Source of the DNA: Fistulifera solaris
Lineage: Eukaryota
NCBI GenBank assembly: GCA_030295235.1
Contig: AP026162.1
Location: 1,116,001 to 1,180,000, forward strand
Direction: 5' to 3'
DNA length: 64,000 nt
Under the pieces are notes generated by a model. It ran no database searches and was not told the origin of the DNA. It saw only the letters and a list, made by a program, of their open reading frames with translations. Positions 13,015 to 23,620 of the stretch are shown here, piece after piece. A program made the position numbers and the translations under genes. Each line of letters starts with the position of its first letter. The first letter of the stretch is position 1.

Positions 13015-14865
13015 CAACAGAAAGTCTGAGCCTGCGGTGTTTTCACGTATCCAGAAAATCTGGGGAGTGGTGTTTTCACATTCCCAGGAAATCTGGGGGT
13101 ATGGTTATTATACTCCGTACAAAGTACTACGTACTGTACCTGGTACGTGCTCCATTAATAAAATCTGGACCTGCTTCCAGAAAATCTGGGGGTGTGGTTA
13201 TTATACGAGGTCCAGAAAATCTGGACCACTTGTATTTTCACGCCACCAGGAAATCTGGTTGATTGGTATTTGCACGTGATCCAGAAAATCTGGACCAACT
13301 GCATTTTCACGTTCCACCAGGAAATCTGGTGGGGTGGTTATTGTACGTGGTCCAGAAAATCTGGACCACTTGTATTTTCACGCCGCCAGGAAATCTGGTT
13401 GATTGGTATTTGCACGTGGTCCAGAAAATCTGGACCAACTGCATTTTCACGTTCCACCAGGAAATCTGGGGGTGTGGTTATTATACGTGGTCCAGAAAAT
13501 CTGGACCACTTGTATTTTCACGTCACCAGGAAATCTGGTTGATTGGTATTTACACGTGGTCCAGAAAATCTGGACCAACTGCATTTTCACGATCCACCAG
13601 GAAATCTGGGCGGGTGGTATTTACACGTGGTCCAGAAAATCTGGACCAGTTGTATTTTCACGTACCCAGGAAATCTGCGGGAGCACGTTCAACCAGAATA
13701 TCTGGGTGTTTGATGTTTACACGTGGTCCAGAAAATCTGTACCAGTTGTATTTTCACGCTCCTAGGAAATCTGGGGTGTGGTATTTACACGTGGTCCAGA
13801 AAATCTGGACCAATTGCATTTTCACGCTCCACCAGAAAATCACGGGGATTGGTTTTAAAAGTGGTCCAGAAAATCCGGACCATTGTTTTTTCACGTTCTC
13901 AGGAAATCTGGGGGAGTGGTATCTACAGTGGTCCAGAAAATTTGGACTAGTTGCATTTTCACGTTCCCAGGAAATCAGGGGGTGTGGTATTAGAAAATCT
14001 GGACCAGTTTCATTTTCACGTTCCACCAGGAAATCTGGGCGGGTGGTATTTACAAGTGGTCCAGAAAATCTGGACCAATTGCATTTTCACGTTCCACCAG
14101 AAAATCTGGGAAGTGGTGTTTACACGTGGTCCAGATAATCTGGACCAATTGCATTTTCACGTTCCACCAGAAAATCTGGGAGTGTAATAATTACACGTGG
14201 TCCAGAAAATCTGGACCATTTGTATTTTCAAACTACCAGGAAATCTGGGGGTTCGATATTTACACGTGGTCCAGAAAATCTGGACCAGTTGTTTCTTAAA
14301 ACGTTTGCAGGAAATCTGGATGACTGATATTGACACTGGTCCAGAAAATGTGGACCAGTTGTTTTTAAAAACGTCTGCAGAAAATCAGGGAAAGTGGTAT
14401 TTACACGTGGTCCAGAAAATCCGGACCACTTGTATTTTTACGTTCCCAGGAATTCTGGGGGTGTGATATTGGAAAATCTGGGGGTTTATTGTTTTCAGGC
14501 CTCCAGAAAATTTGGGGGTGTGGTGTTTTCAAGTCTTCAGAAAAAATGGACCAGTTGCATTTTCACGAAAAAACTTTACACCGGTCCAGAAAATCTGGAG
14601 CAGTTGTATTTTCAAACTACCAGAAAGTCTGGGTGACTAGTATTAACATTGGTCCAGATAATCTGAACCAGTTGTATTGTCACGTTCCCAGAAAATCTAC
14701 TGTTCCAGAAAATCTGGACCTGTTGCACTTTCACGTTCCCAGGAAATATGGACGTTGCGGTATTAATACGCCTCCAGAAAATCTGGGCTCTAGTGGTGTA
14801 CCAGGCATTCACGTTTCCAAAAAAATCTGGGAGTGTGGTATTTACAATGCTCCAGAAAATCTGGT
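13015..14865. repeat. Tandem palindromic satellite: ~35-bp monomer, 70-bp dimer, 140-bp higher-order unit, roughly 50 monomers
   Basis: Core CCAG(A/G)AAATCTGG recurs about every 35 bp; TGGTCCAGA-AAA-TCTGGACCA recurs about every 70 bp; near-identical 140-bp blocks start at 13211, 13351 and 13491. Confidence 0.97.
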
Positions 14866-14999
14866 AGTGTGCGTTTTGGACGTATGTTGCATCGCGTAGC
14901 CCTTGTCGTCGTCGGTGCCGCCATGAAGCGAATGGAAACATCATCTTCTACTTGCTATCCACCCAGTCCATTTTAAATAGCAAGATCAACAATAACATA

Positions 15000-15992
15000 A
15001 TGAAATTAAGAAGAACGATCTTATTCTACAATTCAATCGCAGCGTACAGCGTCGAAAGCTTTCCAATGGCCATATCTCAGCAGAAACGCCAATATCGGAA
15101 AAGTGGTGTTTATTTTTTGAACCGATTCCTCCTCAGCCCCGAAGAAGTCAGTCAAGACGAAGATTCTTCATTGCCTTATGCTGTTCTTGGGAAAGATGAC
15201 TATCGGACGATTCACGCGGCAAAAATCTTGAATCTTAGAAATGGAGACTCCGTTCGCGCTGGTCTGGTCAGTTCTGAAGATCACAACGGCTTTCTCACCG
15301 ACCATGCCACTGTTCAATGGTTACCCGAAGGAAAGGTCAAAAAGGCCGAAGTTTTAAACAATGGCGATCCACCTGGATCGCTCCATATCAGACTGCAATC
15401 ACTTGAGTCGTCAACTCAGCGCTTTTCCCACTCCGTTAGTCTCATCTTGGCCTTGCCACGCCCGCTACAACTAGGTAGGATGCTGCCCATGATATCCCAA
15501 ATGGGAGTTGATCATTTAGTTCTTACAGAAGCACGAAAAGTACCAAAAGATTACTTCGGATCTCATCTATTCCGAAAGCCAGAATTGTTAACCGAACGAT
15601 TGATCGAGGGTCTCTGTCAGTCGGGTGATACGAAGCTGCCCCAAGTTACAGTTGTCAAAAATCTCTCGCAGTTCATGGACGATACACTGGACGAACTGTT
15701 TCCTCTACACAGTCATGCAAGAGTGATTGCGCACCCACAGCGAGTCGTCAAAGATCGAGTGATTGAGTCTGTTCGAATGCGCTCGGTCACTTTTCCCACG
15801 GATTCACCGAGGAGAATGGTTATTGCGGTAGGGCCCGAAGGAGGCTGGGAAGAGCCCAATGAAATCGAGAGATTTGTCAATCAACATGGCTTCCAGCAAA
15901 TTACGATGGGTACACGGGTGCTTCGAAGTGATTGTGCGGTTGTGAGTCTTTTGGGATTGGCGCACGACATTTGCGATGACTACTCTGGATGA
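15000..15992 (+). CDS. rsmE: 16S rRNA m3U1498 methyltransferase RsmE family, probably organelle-targeted
   Basis: HAAKILNL, LILALPRP, EGLCQSG, AVGPEGGW, MGTRVLRSDCAVV (SPOUT fold). Confidence 0.9.
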   Translation: MKLRRTILFYNSIAAYSVESFPMAISQQKRQYRKSGVYFLNRFLLSPEEVSQDEDSSLPYAVLGKDDYRTIHAAKILNLRNGDSVRAGLVSSEDHNGFLTDHATVQWLPEGKVKKAEVLNNGDPPGSLHIRLQSLESSTQRFSHSVSLILALPRPLQLGRMLPMISQMGVDHLVLTEARKVPKDYFGSHLFRKPELLTERLIEGLCQSGDTKLPQVTVVKNLSQFMDDTLDELFPLHSHARVIAHPQRVVKDRVIESVRMRSVTFPTDSPRRMVIAVGPEGGWEEPNEIERFVNQHGFQQITMGTRVLRSDCAVVSLLGLAHDICDDYSG

Positions 15993-16522
15993 GCGTCTGT
16001 CTACTATTTGATAACGCTTCTGACGATGTGTGCGGAAACTGTTGTGAGATGAGACGTTTTACTAAGCCTAGTGCCGATGTCGCGTAGCTGTTACAGAATC
16101 ATCTTACGTCGAATTTTTTTTAACTTTCTTGACTTGATGCAGCGAGAAACATCGACCGTAACGCCATAGTCGGCGCACATTGTAAATGACAGACAGAGAG
16201 TTCTAAGACCTTAATGCGTATGCGTTTCCGACTTGATCGATACGGCATCGTGCTGCAGAGATCTCGAGCTAAACTCCAGCAGTGTGTGGTTTTCGTTGTC
16301 ATTTGGAAAAGTCTAATAGTGTTCGATTATTAATTTATCTCAATCCCCATCAAGATAAGCTTTCTATAACTTTTTTTGTGTGTTGTACGTACATGTAGCT
16401 ACCACCTTGGATGGGCGGATAAGAATGCTTAACAGGAATTCTAAAGTGTATATACCCCGCAATCATTGTCATCCAAAATTCAGCTGGACACAGATCCCTT
16501 TTCCACTTGACTTCTTCTCGCT

Positions 16523-17395
16523 TTATATTTCCTCCAACAACTCTTCAATAGCCGATTCAAGAGTTAACGGGTCTTGCCGTTTCGGATACAAATCAATTGC
16601 CATTCCTTCACGATCCACTAGGTATTTGAAGAAGTTATGCTCAACTTGATCTTCTGGCAACTGATTTTGTAAAGCTTTGAAAACAGGATTTTGTTTCAAA
16701 GACGAAGAAGCAAATATAGGGAAATTGATATCAGGAAACGTTGTTTTCAAGAAATGGTCAATTTCATCGTTCGTTCCGAGTTCCTGATGATAGTCGTTGC
16801 TGGGAAACGCCAACACAGAAAAACCCGACTTGCCGTACTTGGCTTGCAACACGATTAGCTGTTCGAATGTGACCGTCGTTTTGCCGCATTTACAAGCCGT
16901 ATTTACCACCAACGTGATGTTTCCGGCGTACTGTCGCAAGGAAACCATGTGGCCTTGATTGTCTTCAACCTCTAAGTTATAAATCGAATCAGGTGGCAGG
17001 GAGTCAGCTTCAACTCGTCGAGCTTCTAGGCCTGGCTCATGAAACCCAGCACCTTGACGGTAGCGCAGCCTGGGGAAGGTATCGACGGAAGATACGGAAG
17101 CAGCCGTTAGAGTGACCGCAATGGCTACCATACTGAGCAAAAACGTTAAAATCAGCCTCTTGTTTCTCGTTTCCTTTTCTCTTAGCAATTTCGCCCCTTT
17201 CTCGCCGTCGTCTGCGCTTGACGAATCGGTGGGGAACCACATCAGCATGATATCAAACTTATTTGCCGCACAAGATTTTCTGCAGGTTGCCGAAGAAAGA
17301 AGTCGAAGCGTTGTCCTCTCCTCTTCATCGGATTTTCTGCTCTCTGTCACTGTATACGCTGATAAGCCACACAGACAAGCAATAAAACAAAGCAC
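16523..17395 (-). CDS. GPX: Glutathione peroxidase family protein (Cys type) with N-terminal TM segment; true start uncertain (ATG at 17248)
   Basis: SIYNLEVED, LVVNTACKCGKT, VLAFPSNDYHQE, NFFKYLVDREG. Confidence 0.85.
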   Translation of the reverse strand: MLCFIACLCGLSAYTVTESRKSDEEERTTLRLLSSATCRKSCAANKFDIMLMWFPTDSSSADDGEKGAKLLREKETRNKRLILTFLLSMVAIAVTLTAASVSSVDTFPRLRYRQGAGFHEPGLEARRVEADSLPPDSIYNLEVEDNQGHMVSLRQYAGNITLVVNTACKCGKTTVTFEQLIVLQAKYGKSGFSVLAFPSNDYHQELGTNDEIDHFLKTTFPDINFPIFASSSLKQNPVFKALQNQLPEDQVEHNFFKYLVDREGMAIDLYPKRQDPLTLESAIEELLEEI

Positions 17396-18072
17396 GATAG
17401 CGAGTCGGAATTAGTCTCTCGTTTCACCAGATAACAAAGAGAGAATAGTGCTGTTCTTCATCGTCAAACAGGGGTGCGGAATAAAATAACAAAAAAATAA
17501 GGCACGGCAAGCACGTGAGTCCCGAAAGCCCATAAACATGCTTATTGTGCCTATAAGTAGTCACGAATAAGTCATTACCGTTTCGGTGATACGGTTTAAC
17601 GGGAAGAAGATCTCTATTCATTCGTTCTTTCCTCACAAACCATCACTATAGTTGACGATTCGAAAAGCGCGAAACACGTGACCAGGGGTGCGATCGTCTT
17701 GCCTTTAAATAATTGCTATTAGAAATTGGCGAGGTTACATGCTTGTTTCCAATAAGTTTGTCAATTGACTTTAATTCAACGCAATCGGCAGACTTGTGTG
17801 ATGCATTCAGAAAAGTGCATAAACTCGGTCAGTCGCAAACCGAGCTCCAGCCTACAGCCGAATCTTCGGACCGATGTACATTCGTAAGACGAAGACTGCA
17901 TACCTTCATCTGTCAAGATAAAAGCAGATGCTTCCACCAACGGCTTTCTTGCGTTAACCTTACTCTGTTCCAACCAGGAAGACGAGGACCCCTCAATTTA
18001 GGTGTCATGATGTGTTCACGCGTCCAATACGCAACATCTCTTATATCGGTGAATGTGTCGTACTCAGTTACA

Positions 18073-21000
18073 TTAATTGGGTGGCCAATTCCACACACTT
18101 TTATTGGTTCTTGTATCAAAAAAGTACCATCGTTTCTGGCTCTTCGACCACGAACATATCCACCCAGCTGGTAAGTCAACATCAGGTTTTTTGTCTGGGT
18201 TCAAAAGATTTAATGCAATATATGGTGGTACGGGTGGCCTGCTTGTCATTTGCAGCTGCTGTCCTTGCGAAGAGACCGATGCATCTGACTCCGTGCGTAT
18301 CATCTTACTTGATTGCAGAGATAAGTTTTGCATAGTAGATCCTATCGAAGAGTTAGAGTCTTCGCGTTCAATGAGTTTCCTTTCTATCGGCACCTTGGCT
18401 TGCCCTGGTCCGCTACTCTCTGCTTGTTGGATCACTCTTATTTGAGTACCTTCGTTCTGAACATTACTTTGCTCACTTCGAATAGTGTTAGCTTGAAGTT
18501 GAGGTGGTGGCCCCGGTGGCGGAGGGGCTTTGAGCGAAGTCCGCTTTGGGGCAACTCCGGGCGGTTTTGGCGGCGGTGGACGTGGTGGAGGTTGCGGGGC
18601 TTTCTTTGTACTTATACCACTGTGAATTGGCGGGTGTTTAGGAAGCGGGGAACTTTTCGTTGGACTTGCAGGAACTTTGGGGTTGCCGCTGACAGAAATG
18701 GCAGGCGCAATAGGCGGAGGGATTGAGGGAGCGTTCGTTTGTGGCAATGTTGATGTCTCGCGTGGTACTTCGGGGAGCGTATTACTTTCTGCTCTTCTAG
18801 ATTCTGTCTCCAACCGCGCTACTTTCACGCTAGGCGAGGGATCTGGATCGTCGGGTTCATCACGTTTGGGGGAGCGTGACGGTGACTTGCGGACAAAAAC
18901 CGCCTCACCTTCCTCAACCGAATCGAAGGAATCATGAGGAGGCGACCCACAAGATGAACGAGAGCTTCCAATCAGTGAACCGATCCCTCCTTGCTGCATC
19001 GATGGAGCCTGCGAGAGAAACTTCTCAGGGACCAATGAATCCGCACGCTTCTCTTTGTATGGATTTCCAAAGTTTACCATAAGCTTTGATCTGATTCGTG
19101 TCTGCACGGAATCCGCAAACTCACCCGTCTTTGTATCGAAGAACGCGACAGGGAGAGCATCGTCATCCACCGACCATACTGGAGATCCATCAACGGCTGT
19201 CGTAGCTGCAACACCCGCTGCATCGTTAGATCCGTAACCTACGACAGGGGACCGGGAAAAGACCAGACGTTCTCTGTAGTCTCCCATTTTTGTGGTAGTT
19301 GTCCTGTTTAGGGTGGAGGCGCCAACCTTTCCTACAGTGAGAATACATTCGTCGGTTTCACCAACCGAACTTCCGTAGCGCTGACAATTACTCCCCCCGT
19401 TGCTCACGCCTTCTACGTGTAAGCCCTGTGTCAAAAGGTTAGGACCGCCAAACAGCCACCGCCTTCGTGATTCATAGTACGCCAGCAAACATGATTGTGG
19501 GAGGTCGCCCAGAATTTCAACAACGGATTTTGGAGACCTTGATTCGTCTTCTCCAATAACTGACGTCGCATCACTCTTTGTCTCATGACCTTTTCCTCCG
19601 TCTTGCTGACGACAAGTCCCGACCTGCCATGGTGGAGGCATAGTTCTTAGCGCTGCTAAATAGCTATCCACGCTACCTCTTGCATCGAATTGCCCGTAGC
19701 GTGGGCTATTGAACCTTTCTGAATTTTGCTCCATAGCGACATTTCTTTGCCTTAATGATGCTTCTTGCCGTTCTTGTCTTTCGATCATATCCCTCGATCC
19801 TTGCTCTCCATTTCGTATTTTCAGCATGCAAGATTTTGAGAAACACTGCATAGCCACAGTCTCCGTAGTATCAGCTGGTAGGAGAGAATGAGCTACAGAT
19901 GGCAAAACGTGTCGCAAGCTTCTCTTTAGAGAATAAGAATAGTAGGGAGGAAGCCGAAATTGATAAGCTCGGAACTCGTTTTTCCATTGTTCATCCAGCA
20001 CTACAAGAGCTTTCGCTGCTATTTGCTTATGTATCAAGCTTTGCTCTATGTCTCCCTCTTTTTAGGAGCGCCAGTTCTGCTTTCTTTAAAGCTTTGTGCT
20101 CGTTCTCGGCTGCACGTAGCAGCAGAGGTAACAAAACGTGTGGTTCCGGCGGAAGAAGTGTTAAAGTCGCCAATCTTCCAGGACCTGCCTGGGAAGCAAT
20201 AGTAGAGCTCTGCAATGGGACATGTAGAATGCCAATATTGAGAGCCGAATCGGCATCGTCAGATAGAGAAGGTCTTCCTGCACCTCTACAGAATACAGGA
20301 AAATACTCTAATTTACTGCTCACTGAAACTTGTACCGGCGAACCTCCCTCTTGACCCAACCACTCGCATACATAGACATCTCTTTGAAGCAAGCGAGCTG
20401 GCTGGCCGACTAATTTGCGATTGCTTGCGATGAGTTGATCAAGGCGATGTAACATCTTGATGATAGTGGTTGGTTCAAATGACTTAGATCCAAGGTTCGA
20501 AGGGACTTTACTGAAATATAAAAATGGCTGGGCCATCCTCGGAGGTAAAGTATCAAGTTTCTTGTTGGGAAAGAAAGCTTCCGGAATAAAATAAAGCGGA
20601 GGTCCAATGCATTGCGGAGGGTCAGCTGTGTTGCTCTGTAGTGACTGCATCGTGGCGTGTGATCCTGTATAGAGCATCATCGCTCTTAGAGCCGCACCAG
20701 AACCTTCTTCTACTTCAAAAGACTGAAAAGTACATACAGGGCCTCCGTTGACAAAGCAAGAGCCAGGCGCCGTCTGGATTATATTCGGAGCTTGGATACT
20801 CGGCTGTTGGATTCGCAAAAACAGCGGATCAGGAATCGGAAGTTCTCGCGGAAGGGCGGGACGTATGCGTCTCACTAGAGCCTCCGTGATGCCTTGCAAA
20901 TTTGCAGAGCTTCGTACCATCCAGTGTGATCCTCCGGTAACTTCACAAAGTGCTCTTAGTTGTGGGTGCAAGTACTGACTGCTTGTCACACCTTCGCGAC

Positions 21001-21796
21001 CTCCAACACCAAGGCAAAATATTCGCTGGTCCCATCGAAACGGTTCCGTGTAAAACTCTCGAAGAGGCTGAGATCCGAATTGTAGCTGAAGTGTTCCACC
21101 GCCTAACTTCGGCGGCTGACGCAAACAGGCTCCGTCAGTCACTAGTATCAAGCACGCTGGCTGCAAAGCCGCCGCCGCGGGTGCTCCGTTCGACGTGGAA
21201 ATCGCAACGTTTGGTAATCTTCCCATTCCGAAATTCTCTGTCAATCTATTATGAAGGCGATAGCGAGATAAAAGCTGTAATCCTGATGATAGCGCGGCGT
21301 TCAACCCGACTGCTCCACCGCCATCCACTGGGAAGGGAGAATTGCCATCCCATTCTGCAGCCACTAAACGCTTCAGCTCCCTTTGAAAGCTTTCTATGAG
21401 CTCATGCCTTTGTACACCCGATCCGTCTACAACAGAACTCTGTTCAGTCTGCATTGTATTTGTGCTATCAGCTAGAAATCGTGGTCCAAATCCCACAAGC
21501 AGGCGTCCAGCAGCTCCACAGGTACTCGTGTCGGGATACTGCCGACTCGTGGTCAGGAGAAGGAAGGCATCGCCACCATTTAAATTGCCCTTTTGTCCTA
21601 AGTTGACAATCGACTTTTGTAAAGCAGGGTCGGCATCTTGCATTAACAGACGTGTATGTTCGCTGTGTCGCTTTCGAAGTTGACGACTGAGATCTTCGAC
21701 AACCATTTTCGCGACATCTAATCGAGACATTCCCGAATCACCCGCCGCGGGGCGCGTCATTGTAGGAGAAGTATCGATAACAAAGACGAATATCAT
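18073..21796 (-). CDS. INTS6: Integrator complex subunit 6-like (VWA domain) with Pro-rich tail and C-terminal WW domain; frameshift ~20040
   Basis: MIFVFVIDTSPTM...SRLDVAK, ENFGMGR, EPFRWDQRIFCL, LCEVTGG, LPPYY; C-terminus LPAGWICSWSKSQKRWYFFDTRTNKSVWNWP. Confidence 0.85.
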
Positions 21797-22186
21797 GTTT
21801 GCACATTTACAAGGACGAAATAAAATCAATGCTTTTTTCTCAATCAGCAATCAAAACATCGCTTCTTTTCGTAGCATCGATTCGTGAATGAATTATTTGA
21901 ATCAAGCGTATGAAAAAGTATTATACACTTTCAACTATACACGTAACTCAATGTGCCTAGTACACTCTAAGTTATACTTCAGAAACGTTGGGGTCTGCCT
22001 TTCATCCGTCAATCTCCCTTGCTGGTCGCAATAAATTTTCTCCCCGTTCATTTTCGAAGTTATTTCTTTTCCGTCTTTCCACTTTCTATCATACTACGTA
22101 ATATCAAACCTTTAACTTATTGGAAATAAACAGCGATACACCATTTCAATCAAATTGTATCATAAAGAGACAACCCCCAAGGTAGC

Positions 22187-23502
22187 ATGGACTTCGCTAG
22201 ACCGCACTCCATCAAAAAATCGATAGTATCGACTTCCAACATTCGGGTCGTCGATGCCGAAGAACCCCATGCGTCCGAAGATCACCAGAAAGCAGTGACT
22301 TCTCGGGAAGAACTGAATCAAATGGTTGTTAGGGCGTCGAATCAAGCAACGAGAGATCTTATACTTGCGTCGTATCCTGTTGAATTGCGTGACGATCGAC
22401 TTGCGGATGCATCGCTCTACACCGAGCGATCGATCCCTCGCAAAGAAATAATTCAAGTGGGAGATCTTGTTGTTATTATGGAGTCCTTTGACCGACTGAC
22501 TTTTGCATACATTGAAGAAAAAGGGATTTATTCAAATAGACACGGACATTTCAGCCATAAAGACTTTATCGGCAAACCCTTTGGTAGCAAAGTGCGATCC
22601 AGAAACAACCAAGGCTACGGATTTTGTTTCCTGCTAAAACCCACACCTGAGCTCTGGGCTAGAAGTCTGACACACCGAACACAAATTGTACATGAGCTTG
22701 ATCAGTCCCAGATAATATTTCAATTGTATTTGCGGCCGAACATGACTGTTGTCGAGAGTGGAACTGGAAGTGGTGCCATGAGTCATGCGATTCTTCGAAC
22801 CATTGCACCTCACGGCAAGCTACACACGTATGAGTTCAACAAGATGAGAGCAGATACTGCCAGAAATGAATTTGAAAGAATGGAGTCAATCATCTGGTCA
22901 CTGTGCATCACCGCGATGTTTGTGCGAAGATCGAAGCCGAAGCCGGTTTTGATTTACCGCCACGTTCCGTCGATGCCGTGTTTTTGGACTTGCCGGAACC
23001 CTGGCATGCTGTTCCTCATGCAGCTAAGGTTCTAAAACCAAATGCACGCATAGCATCGTACAGCCCTTGTGTGGAACAAACACAGAGAACCGTGGAGGCA
23101 ATGAAAAGGCCGGCTTCCATTCCATGAAGACCATGGAATATCGCCTTCAAGAGCACTACGTTGACGAAATCGAATACAAGAGTCCTCCAAAGGCAAAGCG
23201 ACCAAAATTTGAAGCGCACGACAATGAGGCAAGAATCATGTCGGCCAGCGCAGCAGGGATCAGCAAGCGGCAATGGCGAACAAAGTGACGATCTAAGTGA
23301 CGAGGTTGAGACAGGAGACGATGGTGAACTCGCTGGAGACGAAATGGGAGAAGGTAATGAGATCAAAGCGAAAATGGTTGTCGCTCGACCGTTTGCAAGT
23401 ATGCGGGGACACTCCGCATTTCTCACTTTGCAACAGCCGGACTTCACGCCTAACCATAATGCAATCATCGTAAACAATACTAGTTTCGCGATGATAAGCT
23501 GA
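22187..23502 (+). CDS. TRM61: tRNA (adenine58-N1)-methyltransferase catalytic subunit; frameshifts ~22880, ~23105 and further 3'
   Basis: LKPTPELWARSLTHRTQIV, VVESGTGSGAMSH, DAVFLDLPEPW, SYSPCVEQ, MRGHSAFLT. Confidence 0.92.
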
Positions 23503-23620
23503 ACTTTCTTGTCACGTGGGTACTTTCCCGCAGAAATAAGCCCGAATAAGTATTTGAGCTGGGTGCGATACCGTCAGAGCAAGGTTGTGATTCGTGAATA
23601 CCTGTAAATAATTGCTTCTG

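Noticed and set aside
13015..14865. CRISPR array (palindromic repeats at regular spacing)
   Set aside because: The intervening sequences are homologous to each other rather than unique spacers, there are no cas genes, and the context is eukaryotic with introns.
12980..14944. Multiple ORFs up to 291 aa inside the satellite
   Set aside because: The same peptides (QKIW, SRKSG, PENL) cycle through all three frames because unit lengths are not multiples of 3; this is a by-product of a stop-poor repeat.
16880..16900. Selenocysteine in the glutathione peroxidase
   Set aside because: The active-site codon is TGC (Cys); there is no in-frame TGA.
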